Position numbers and translations under genes: made by a program. Positions 27,512 through 35,413 of a stretch of DNA of 35,413 nucleotides are shown in pieces. Below the pieces are notes generated by a model, which had not been told where the DNA came from, did no database searches, and was given only the letters and a program-made list of their open reading frames with translations. The stretch's first letter is position 1. Each line of letters opens with the position of its first letter. The DNA lies in assembly GCA_024222685.1 (NCBI GenBank), contig JAAEOZ010000062.1, positions 1-35,413 of the forward strand. Direction: 5' to 3'. Source of the DNA: Gammaproteobacteria bacterium. GTDB lineage: Bacteria; Pseudomonadota; Gammaproteobacteria; GCA-001735895.

Positions 27512-28507
27512 ATGAGTGTGGAACTATCCGATAGCGATAAATTAATGATGGAAAGCCTGTACTGGTGGGATATTCCCACGCTTTTCCGTTGCCCGATTGA
27601 ACGTGATCCGGGCAATGTCGATATTGCCCTGGTTGGTGTACCGCATTCGACCGGGAATGGTACTACTGAGCGGGATCAACACCTCGGCCCAAGAGCAGTC
27701 AGGGATATATCGGCGTTGGCGCACAGGGTCCATACTGAATTCCAGCTTGACCCCTGGAAAACCTGCCGGATTGCCGATATGGGTGATGTGCCATTGCCAG
27801 AAGCGAACGACAACGAGGCCTGTATCGAACGTATTACCGATTTTTATAAGGACCTGGATACGGCCGGCGTACGTCCGGTATCGATAGGTGGCGATCATTC
27901 GATTACCGGTGGCATTATGCAGGCGATAGCGGGTGAGCATGCCAATTTAACCGGGGGCCAAAAAGCTGCGTTTTTGCATTTCGATGCCCATACCGATGCT
28001 TTCGAACAAATCCCGCATTTCCTCGGTGCCAGAAAATCAGCTGCTCACTGGGCAGCATACCTGGTGCGCGCGGGATTAATCGATTCCTCCAGAAGCGTGC
28101 AAATCGGCATGCGAGGGAATCCACGGACACTGGACTGGTGGAAAACCAGCAGTGACCTCGGCTATGAAGTGGTACCGATTAAGCGCTACCGGGAGATGGG
28201 AGCGGAGAAAACCATGGCACTGATTAACCAGCGCATCGGTGATGCACCACTTTATATTACCTTCGATCTCGATTGTATGGATGCGACAGTCTGCCCGGGT
28301 GTGTCAAATCTGGAAGTTGGCATACAGGGTTTTCAGGTTGACGAGGCAATGGATTTACTGCGCTGCGTCAGGGGTAAAAATATCATCGGCGGTGATGTGG
28401 TGTGTCTAATGCCGACCAAGGATCACCCGAACAAGATGACATCGCATTTTGCTGCGGCGGTGATGTTTGAATTACTGAGTTTAATTGCCGACACCCATAG
28501 AAAGTGA
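27512..28507 (+). CDS. Ureohydrolase (agmatinase/arginase family)
   Basis: RBS GGAGAGG, ATG at 27512. GPRAVR, GGDHSIT, HFDAHTD and ITFDLDCMD metal-binding motifs. Confidence 0.9.
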   Translation: MSVELSDSDKLMMESLYWWDIPTLFRCPIERDPGNVDIALVGVPHSTGNGTTERDQHLGPRAVRDISALAHRVHTEFQLDPWKTCRIADMGDVPLPEANDNEACIERITDFYKDLDTAGVRPVSIGGDHSITGGIMQAIAGEHANLTGGQKAAFLHFDAHTDAFEQIPHFLGARKSAAHWAAYLVRAGLIDSSRSVQIGMRGNPRTLDWWKTSSDLGYEVVPIKRYREMGAEKTMALINQRIGDAPLYITFDLDCMDATVCPGVSNLEVGIQGFQVDEAMDLLRCVRGKNIIGGDVVCLMPTKDHPNKMTSHFAAAVMFELLSLIADTHRK

Positions 28508-28663
28508 GCGGGTTGAAATTGTGCAGTTTATCTGGCTAGGGGACTAATTTATATGTGTCCGATAATCCTCCTTTTGAGGGAAAATCCCATTCGAGTCTGA
28601 CCCCTTGGTACTTGCTAATCAGCCTCATCAAAAGGTATAATCGAAATACGAGGAAATCAAACA

Positions 28664-29629
28664 ATGCCGAATATCTCTGATTGTAGTGTTATGCTGTTCC
28701 CCTGGGATGCGAAGAAGCCAAGGGTGAGCGAAATTGTCGAAGCCGCGAAGCTGGCCGAGGATCTCGGCTTCTACTCGGTTACTCTGCCCACACATATGAC
28801 GATGCCACCGGGTTGGCTATTCACTGATTTTAAAACCCGTGAACTTCTCGATGCCAGGGTAATCGTACCCGCGATTGCTGCGGCAACCTCAAGGATTAAA
28901 ATCGGTTTCAATTCTCTGTTACCACCGCTACTTCCACCTTACGAATGGGCTAAGTACCTGTCCACCCTGGATGTAATGTCAGATGGGCGTGTCATTTTTG
29001 GGGCCGCGGAGGGTTGGTGGGAAGAAGATTTTGCTGCCGTTGGTGTGAACAGGAAATATCGGGCGAGCATGTTTAACGAGCAACTGGAAGTAATCACCAG
29101 TTTGTGGACCAGAGAAAAAACCACTTTCGAAGGCAGGCACTACCAGTTGAAGGATATAACCATGGAGCCCAAACCAGTGCAGAAACCTTATCCGCCAATC
29201 TGGATTGGGGGCAGCGCCAAGTCGATTTATCGAGCTGCTCGATACGGGGAATGCATTGTAGCCTTCTGGCCAGATGAGAACGCCGCTCAAAACGAGTGGA
29301 TACCGAAACTAAAAGAAGAGGGCGAGAAGTGGGGCACTGACCCGAAATTGTGCGCATTCTCGTTTGTTTATGTGGCCAAAGACGAAAAGGATTACAAATC
29401 CCAATTACCAAAGCTGCGCCTGGCGGTATCCTTTGAGGACGAGAGCATAGATCCGAGTGATGTTACCATCAGCGGATCACCTGAACGCTGTGCACAGCGG
29501 ATCAGGTCTCTGGCGGATGCCGGAGTATGGCATTTCGTACTTGAGTTTCAGTTCCATGGCCTGGAGCCGGTCAGTTTTGGTATGGCACAGATGGAAGCTT
29601 TCGCCAGGGACGTAGTACCGCTGTTGTAG
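28664..29629 (+). CDS. Luciferase-like (LLM) flavin-dependent oxidoreductase
   Basis: AKLAEDLGF, TLDVMSDGRVIFG, PKPVQKPYPPIWIGG and GSPERC. Confidence 0.88.
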   Translation: MPNISDCSVMLFPWDAKKPRVSEIVEAAKLAEDLGFYSVTLPTHMTMPPGWLFTDFKTRELLDARVIVPAIAAATSRIKIGFNSLLPPLLPPYEWAKYLSTLDVMSDGRVIFGAAEGWWEEDFAAVGVNRKYRASMFNEQLEVITSLWTREKTTFEGRHYQLKDITMEPKPVQKPYPPIWIGGSAKSIYRAARYGECIVAFWPDENAAQNEWIPKLKEEGEKWGTDPKLCAFSFVYVAKDEKDYKSQLPKLRLAVSFEDESIDPSDVTISGSPERCAQRIRSLADAGVWHFVLEFQFHGLEPVSFGMAQMEAFARDVVPLL

Positions 29630-29720
29630 TACCGTATGTCCTGTATCGGATGGTTTTATTGCGCAGTTTATGCTGGCGGGGAGTAATGGGTTTTTAATAA
29701 AAACAGGGAGACTACCTCAA

Positions 29721-30032
29721 ATGAAAGAAGAAGCTCTCAATATTGTAATTGGCACGATATATTCGATGGAAAAAGTAGAAAATACAGACAAACTCTTTCT
29801 ATTAAAAATTGATGCTGGAGGCAAGCATTATCAAATAGCAACAAGTCTTGCATCATTCTATAAAAAACAGGATTTAATTGGGCAGCAAGTTCCTGTTAAA
29901 ATAGATGTTAAGCCAAAAGAAATTAGAGGAGTTTTAAGTAATGCCAGATTTATTGCAGTAATGGGGAGCAATAAAGAACCTGTATTACTTATACCTCAAA
30001 GCAAAGTGACCGATGGTGCTATTGTTATGTGA
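29721..30032 (+). CDS. tRNA-binding OB-fold domain protein (CsaA/Trbp111-like)
   Basis: IGTI...EKV..TDKL..L.ID.G....QI...L...Y....L.G...KP..IRG..S pattern. AT-rich. Confidence 0.75.
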   Translation: MKEEALNIVIGTIYSMEKVENTDKLFLLKIDAGGKHYQIATSLASFYKKQDLIGQQVPVKIDVKPKEIRGVLSNARFIAVMGSNKEPVLLIPQSKVTDGAIVM

Positions 30033-30035
30033 GCT

Positions 30036-30092
30036 TGCCAACAGTCTGCTTCACAGGAATCGCTCGCTCTCATGAGAGCTGATGCGTTAGAG
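30036..30092 (+). repeat. attC-like (integron cassette) site, degenerate
   Basis: TGCCAAC lies 3 nt after the stop codon and GTTAGAG 57 bp later, with partly complementary inner boxes (GCTTCA ... TGAGAGC). Confidence 0.45.
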
Positions 30093-30197
30093 CGTCAAAT
30101 GAAACAGATCATTGGAAACTACGGAACCGAAGGGCACCCTGAATGAAAGGGCTGAAGGCAGAAAGCCGGAAAAGTATCTCGCTTTAATAACCTCAAA

Positions 30198-31577
30198 TTA
30201 AACGTCAAAAATCTTACCAGGATTTAGAATATTATTCGGATCCATCATATTTTTAAGCTGCCGCATCAGGTCTATTTCCGCCTGGCTTCGAGTGAAATTC
30301 AAATATTTTTTCTTTTCAATACCGACGCCATGTTCTGCGGATATCGAACCATTTAAATTCCTTAGGGGCTGGTATACGATTTCGTCGATGGCTGAATGAT
30401 CCCGGGCTGCACCCGGAGCAACAGTAAAGTGTAAATTACCGTCACCGATATGACCGTATGAAAACAGTTCAGCATCGGCGAATTTTGCTTTTAGATTACG
30501 GCTTACAGTATCAACATATTCTGGCATCGCCTCGATTGGCAGGCTGATATCGTAGCCGTAAACCAGCCCAAACTTCCGCTGTTCCGGTTCGAAAATTTCC
30601 CGTATTTGCCAGAACTTATGCCGTTCACTTTCTGAGCTGGCGAGAATGCCATTAACAGCAAGGCCGTCGTTAAGGCTTTGCATCAATATTGATTCGAGCT
30701 GCTCTTTATCGCTGTCACCATTTGAAATATTCACATCGAGTAGCACATAAAAACCTGCCGAATCTGATAGCGGTGCATCGACATCGGAATAAGCCCCGGT
30801 ATTCAGGGCATAGTAGTTTTGCCACAAGACCTCGAATGCGATCAGTCTACCGGTGAGCGCCGCATCGAAGCGGCGCAATAATGACATCACGGATTGCCAG
30901 CAGGGTATTGCGAGTAAAGCAGTCTCGATCGACTGGGGTGCTTCATGCAGTCGCAGCACGGCGCGGGTGACCACTCCCAGGGTACCTTCCGAGCCGACAA
31001 ACAACTGGCGTAAGTCGTAGCCGGTATTATTTTTCAGCACTTTAAACATCGAGGAAATAATTCGACCATCGGCCAGCACTGCTTCGACACCGAGTAGCAG
31101 ATCGCGCATCATGCCGTAGCGTAAAACACGTACACCGCCAGCGTTGGTGGCGATATTTCCACCGATAGTGCAGGATGCTCTGGCACCCAAATCGAGTGCG
31201 AACATCAAGCCCGCCTGTGCCGCCTTTTCCTGTACGTTTTGCAGGATGGCGCCAGCCTCAACTTCAAGGGTTCGGGTTTTGGTATCGACTTCGGAAATTG
31301 TGTTCATGCGCTGCATCGACATTACGATATCGGAATCGCCAGAGCGATGTCCGTCGACCAGGCCGGTCATGCCGCCAACCGTGATGACTGCTTGCCCTGC
31401 CTGATTACAGGCTCTTAGCACGGCGGATACCTGCTCGGTAGTTTTCGGCCTGATCAGTGCACGGGCTTTAAGCGGTCGATCGTCCCGTAATCCTGCACTG
31501 TGACCGGCAAGGTCTTCTGAATCAATAAATCCGGCATCATCGACGATGTTTTGCAGGGTTTCGATAAGGTCTGACAT
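30198..31577 (-). CDS. FAD-binding oxidoreductase (D-2-hydroxyacid dehydrogenase / GlcD family)
   Basis: GGMTGLV, IGGNIATNAGG, KNNTGYDL..LFVGSEGTLG, GHIGDGNLH, SISAEHGVG and DPNNILNPGK. Confidence 0.92.
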   Translation of the reverse strand: MSDLIETLQNIVDDAGFIDSEDLAGHSAGLRDDRPLKARALIRPKTTEQVSAVLRACNQAGQAVITVGGMTGLVDGHRSGDSDIVMSMQRMNTISEVDTKTRTLEVEAGAILQNVQEKAAQAGLMFALDLGARASCTIGGNIATNAGGVRVLRYGMMRDLLLGVEAVLADGRIISSMFKVLKNNTGYDLRQLFVGSEGTLGVVTRAVLRLHEAPQSIETALLAIPCWQSVMSLLRRFDAALTGRLIAFEVLWQNYYALNTGAYSDVDAPLSDSAGFYVLLDVNISNGDSDKEQLESILMQSLNDGLAVNGILASSESERHKFWQIREIFEPEQRKFGLVYGYDISLPIEAMPEYVDTVSRNLKAKFADAELFSYGHIGDGNLHFTVAPGAARDHSAIDEIVYQPLRNLNGSISAEHGVGIEKKKYLNFTRSQAEIDLMRQLKNMMDPNNILNPGKIFDV

Positions 31578-31640
31578 TACAGTAGCAAGTGGGATTGATC
31601 TGGCATTTTAAAACCACAGGTTAGCAATTATCATGTTGCT

Positions 31641-34049
31641 TCAGTTTGTCATCATCGGCAGGCGCAAAGCAACTTTTTCAGGCGGCAGGCAAATTCGGTC
31701 ATTACAGGCCTGGATGCCTAACTCGATGGGTATGACCAGTGATTCAGCATTCCTGTTATCGACCTCAAGATGGATTTGAACCTTACCCTGATATAGTGAA
31801 AGTGCTTCCTTTTGAAACCCAAGCGTGGTTGTGATCGATTCGGGGTAACTGACTTTATTCATTTGCCATCCAGTTTTGGCCGCATCAATCGATATCGTTG
31901 TTGGGATGAGACCTTTCTGTAGCGGCTGGTTGGAGTTAATATGCCAGCCCGGCGGTATTGATAAATCTATAACCACCTGTTGCGCTGTTAACTGACGAGC
32001 GATTGCCCGTACACCGCCTCTGGCCACATAGCGTTGCGCACTGAGTTCTCCATTACGGAGGTCGGTTACCCCGGTCAGCATATAGCCATAATTAGTAGGC
32101 CTTTGTTTAATGGCATTGGCCAGTACCGCTAGTATTGCATTTGCCTGTTCACCATATTTGAAATCAGCTAATCGGCTGTTTAACATTTGTAGCACTCGCA
32201 AAGCCACCGAGCTACCAGAAGGTACCGCGTTATCGGTGCCTCTGTCTCTGGGTCGGCCGATACTGGTAAGCTGTTCGTCACCACGATTCATGTAAAAGCC
32301 ACCGGCCTTGTCGTCCCAGAAAAGAGTGGACATATTGTCAGCTATTTCTTTAGCCCTGTTGAGCCAGTGTTTAGAGCCTGTGACATCATAGAGGTGTAAA
32401 AGGCCCTCAGCAAAATACGCATAATCCTCCTGCTGCGCCGCAATCGAGGAATTACCATCGAGGTGTACACGATATAATTCTCCATGGTTCAGGCGGTTAT
32501 GATCCCAGATGAATTCTGCGGCCTGTAGAGCGGCTTCGGTGTAGCGTGGTTCGCCGAGTATCATACCAGCCTGCGCTAAAGTACTTATCATCATGCCGTT
32601 CCAGGCGGTGAGGATTTTCTCGTCGCGAAGAGGATGTTCACGGGCTTCGCGGGCCTGATAAAGCTGGTTGCGAATACGGTCGATGCGTGAACCCAGCTTG
32701 TCCAGTGAGATATGATACTGATCGGCTACCTGTTCCAGAGCAGTCGGAAGATGAAGAATATTGCTACTTTCAAAGTTTCCATTTTCACTAATACCGAATA
32801 GTTCAATCGCAAATTCCGCATCCTGTTTTGACAGGCTGTGTCGAATTTGTTCGGTGGTCCAGAGGAAAAATACTCCTTCCTCACCTTCGCTGTCGGCATC
32901 GGTGGCTGAATAAAAGGCGCCTTCTGGCGAAGTCATGTCGCGTAATACATAGTCCAGAGTTTGTGTTGCGACGCGTTTATATGTCTGTTTACCAGTTAGC
33001 CGCCATGCCAACAGATAAACTCGCCCCAGATGTGCCTGGTTGTACAGCATTTTTTCGAAATGCGGAACGAGCCACTCGTTGTCGGTAGAGTAGCGGTGAA
33101 AGCCACCACCTATCTGGTCATAAATACCGCCCTGGCTCATTGCGTCCAGTGTTGTTTCTATTGTATTCAACGCTTCTCTGTCGGCATTGCGTTCGGATTC
33201 AGACAGCAGCAGGAAAAGTAAGGGCTCCTGTGGAAATTTTGGTGCCTGGCCGAAACCGCCCTGCAAGCTGTCGTGTGTTGCTATTGCCCGGCTGGTTGCA
33301 TATTTCACGGTATTGTTACTTAGCTGGCCTGCGCTAGCCTGCTGATTGTTTAGCCGCTTAAGCTCATCCGAAATTTGCTGTGCCTGCTTGAAAAGGCGAG
33401 GTTGCTGGTTTTTCCAGATATCGGTCACGCGTAGCAGTAAATCAGCAAATACTTCGGGTGGGAAATAGGTGCCACCATAAAACGGTTTGCCTTCGGCGGT
33501 CAGAAAGCTGGACATGGGCCAGCCACCATTGCCAGCAATCATGGTGACAGCCTGCATATAGGTTTTGTCGACGTCGGGTCGTCGCTCCCGATCGACTTTG
33601 ATAGCGATAAAATTCTGATTCAGAATACTGGCAATACGAGAACTTTCAAAACTCTCGCGCTCCATCACATGACACCAGTGACAGGTCGAATAGCCTATGG
33701 ATAGAAATATCGGTTTATTCTCACGTTTCGCAACGGCGAATGCTTCGGGCCCCCAGGGATACCAGTCCACAGGGTTGTGAGCATGCTGTATCAAATAAGG
33801 TGAGTCTTCCAGGATTAAGCGGTTTGTATAAATGGGGCTGCCATCTTTCTGTAAATGTTCGGTTCTGGGCTGGTAGGCAGACCCTTTTGAGTCCAGAGCC
33901 TGTTCTATTTGTCGTGTTAGCTTTTCAGACCTGGGTGCAAAGCTGATGGTTTTCGATTCAGCTTCGTTTTGCGATGATTCGACACTTTCGGTTGCGAGTA
34001 AATGCGAGCTAAACAATAGTGTAACTGAGATAAAGAGTGGTAATTTCAT
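31641..34049 (-). CDS. Exported YyaL/SSP411 (DUF255 thioredoxin + alpha/alpha barrel) protein with a C-terminal DsbD-N-like domain
   Basis: Signal peptide from MKLPLF (34049), [29 protein letters not shown] and PHFEKMLY. C-terminal GWHINSN...[11 protein letters not shown]. Confidence 0.9.
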   Translation of the reverse strand: MKLPLFISVTLLFSSHLLATESVESSQNEAESKTISFAPRSEKLTRQIEQALDSKGSAYQPRTEHLQKDGSPIYTNRLILEDSPYLIQHAHNPVDWYPWGPEAFAVAKRENKPIFLSIGYSTCHWCHVMERESFESSRIASILNQNFIAIKVDRERRPDVDKTYMQAVTMIAGNGGWPMSSFLTAEGKPFYGGTYFPPEVFADLLLRVTDIWKNQQPRLFKQAQQISDELKRLNNQQASAGQLSNNTVKYATSRAIATHDSLQGGFGQAPKFPQEPLLFLLLSESERNADREALNTIETTLDAMSQGGIYDQIGGGFHRYSTDNEWLVPHFEKMLYNQAHLGRVYLLAWRLTGKQTYKRVATQTLDYVLRDMTSPEGAFYSATDADSEGEEGVFFLWTTEQIRHSLSKQDAEFAIELFGISENGNFESSNILHLPTALEQVADQYHISLDKLGSRIDRIRNQLYQAREAREHPLRDEKILTAWNGMMISTLAQAGMILGEPRYTEAALQAAEFIWDHNRLNHGELYRVHLDGNSSIAAQQEDYAYFAEGLLHLYDVTGSKHWLNRAKEIADNMSTLFWDDKAGGFYMNRGDEQLTSIGRPRDRGTDNAVPSGSSVALRVLQMLNSRLADFKYGEQANAILAVLANAIKQRPTNYGYMLTGVTDLRNGELSAQRYVARGGVRAIARQLTAQQVVIDLSIPPGWHINSNQPLQKGLIPTTISIDAAKTGWQMNKVSYPESITTTLGFQKEALSLYQGKVQIHLEVDNRNAESLVIPIELGIQACNDRICLPPEKVALRLPMMTN

Positions 34050-34278
34050 GATTTTGACGGGAACCGAATTAGATAACACTGTTACTAACGATAATACTAA
34101 CTGTTTATTCATTAATAATGGAAAAATTATGTAACGGATTAGCCGAAGAATTTTTTTTAATAAAAATTGTCGAAAATACGAATAAAGTATCGACTGGTTC
34201 GTTTTTAACCTCAACTATGCGAAAACATGCGACTCAATTTCTATTCACTTGCTCTGTGACCAGGCAAGGCAGCCATTA

Positions 34279-34905
34279 ATGAATCAATTTGATTTCACAT
34301 TGGGGCTGGGTAAGCGAAGGCGGCGTCAGAAATTCGAGCAGCAAATCCAGTCACATTTGACCAGCTTATTCCAGATTGCCCGTGGTATTGTCGATCAACA
34401 TTCCGACGCTGAGGATCTGGTACACGATACCTGTGTAAAGGCTCTGATGTCATTTGAAAATGCCAGCTTTTCCAGTGAAGCATTGTTGCATGGCTGGCTA
34501 AATCGCATTCTAATTAATACTTACCGGGATCGTTATCGTCGTACAGTACGTTCGCCGATTCGTCCCTCCGCATACCACGCCACCTCCGATGACTGGCAGA
34601 ATGTCGTCGAACTGGTCCCCAGTACAGATCTAACCCCTCTGCAAAGCATTGAACATCGTGAATCCTCAGGCGCGATAGACAATGCAATCGCGGCTCTTCC
34701 GCCGGAGGTGCGCGTGGTGTCTGTATTATTCCTGATCAAGGGTTTTCCCTATAAAGATATCGCCAGTATTACCGACTGTCCAATTGGTACGGTTATGTCT
34801 CGCTTGTCGCGGGGTCGTCAATTGCTACGAGAATCTTTGATTGATGGCGAAGGACCGGAAGATATTCATTCAACGGATCTGGTCGACAACAAAGGTGAGA
34901 CATGA
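34279..34905 (+). CDS. ECF sigma-70 family RNA polymerase sigma factor
   Basis: DAEDLVHDT, WLNRILIN and YKDIA...CPIGTVMSRLSRGR. Confidence 0.92.
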   Translation: MNQFDFTLGLGKRRRRQKFEQQIQSHLTSLFQIARGIVDQHSDAEDLVHDTCVKALMSFENASFSSEALLHGWLNRILINTYRDRYRRTVRSPIRPSAYHATSDDWQNVVELVPSTDLTPLQSIEHRESSGAIDNAIAALPPEVRVVSVLFLIKGFPYKDIASITDCPIGTVMSRLSRGRQLLRESLIDGEGPEDIHSTDLVDNKGET

Positions 34906-35413
34906 GTGATTGCGATTTATTTCGTGCAGATCTAAATGCCTATCGGGATGATGCGCTTGATCAGGCACGCAAAGAACAGCTGAGGGGTCATCTCCAGCAC
35001 TGTCACGACTGCACTGAGGAAGTCAGGCAACTGGATTTGATGGAATCCGAAATTCGAATCAGGGCCGAGCAATGGGTGGCCCCGGTCGAATTATGGGAGC
35101 GGGTTCAAAGCAGCGTTAAATTGCGAAATATGCAAAAGCCAGTACTTCCTTCGATAACCCACAAACCGTTAGCCTGGATAGCCGCAGCAATGCTATTAGC
35201 GACAGTAGCGGTCGCTGTTTTGCAGCTACCTTCCTCTTCGAGTTCGGTGTCTGCGGTTCTGGTGAATGAATTCCATACTTTTGTTGTCAGTCAGCGACAA
35301 CTGGATTACAGCAATTCGCAGGCGACGGCTATCCGTCAATGGTTTGCTGACAAAGTGGAATTTCGTGCGCCCATGCCGATTCAACCGGTGGGTTTACAGC
35401 TTGCCGGTGGTCG
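34902..35413 (+). CDS. Zinc-binding (HxxxCxxC) transmembrane anti-sigma factor, truncated by window end
   Basis: Hand-translated from ATG 34902 (ATGA overlap with the sigma gene): MSDCDLFRADLNAYRDDALD...HLQHCHDC..., then TM segment LAWIAAAMLLATVAVAVL. Confidence 0.88.
   Translation, partial: MSDCDLFRADLNAYRDDALDQARKEQLRGHLQHCHDCTEEVRQLDLMESEIRIRAEQWVAPVELWERVQSSVKLRNMQKPVLPSITHKPLAWIAAAMLLATVAVAVLQLPSSSSSVSAVLVNEFHTFVVSQRQLDYSNSQATAIRQWFADKVEFRAPMPIQPVGLQLAGG

Noticed and set aside
27355-27615. 86-aa minus-strand ORF
   Set aside because: Overlaps the ureohydrolase start and the divergent promoter region, with no motifs.
19802-34905. Long N-terminal extensions in the ORF track (e.g. starts 21316, 23009, 24762, 27383, 29670, 34214, 34249; likewise 5098, 7272, 7814, 8823, 12776)
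   Set aside because: Downstream ATGs fit RBSs, signal peptides or stop/start overlaps better.
1-35413. CRISPR arrays, tRNA or rRNA genes, intact transposases or prophage genes
   Set aside because: None recognised by eye; a covariance-model scan would be needed to exclude small ncRNAs or riboswitches.

Overview
A 35.4-kb bacterial window, probably gammaproteobacterial (inferred from gene content). From left to right: (1) the 3' end of a D-cysteine desulfhydrase/ACC deaminase-family gene; (2) a visibly AT-rich island (~330-4300) bounded by a decayed HUH/Y1 transposase and a decayed group II intron reverse transcriptase. The island holds a RiPP cassette with a lasso-type B2 leader peptidase, a PqqD/RRE protein, an unannotated 54-aa precursor (1616-1780, leader motif KPYVAPK, predicted core WQDNSSELEF), an HPr-kinase-like kinase and a nucleotidyltransferase, but no lasso cyclase. 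(3) A nine-gene minus-strand operon behind an FNR box, built around a Tat-exported molybdoenzyme with NasA/NarB-type motifs. It includes a five-CxxCH NapC-like cytochrome, a diheme cytochrome, several NapG/H/F-like Fe-S proteins, and no recognisable napB or napD. (4) dctPQM with a sigma54 promoter and dctBD, separated by a truncated-MCP/cheR/cheD cassette. (5) Assorted metabolic genes: a DsrC/TusE homologue lacking the terminal Cys, a serine dehydratase-like enzyme, an amidase with a small partner protein, a ureohydrolase, an LLM oxidoreductase and an FAD oxidoreductase. (6) An exported YyaL/DUF255 protein divergent from an ECF sigma/zinc anti-sigma pair. The best candidate for an undescribed system is the cyclase-less kinase/nucleotidyltransferase RiPP cassette; the non-canonical periplasmic molybdoenzyme operon is second. 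All assignments come from motifs read by eye, with no database searches.
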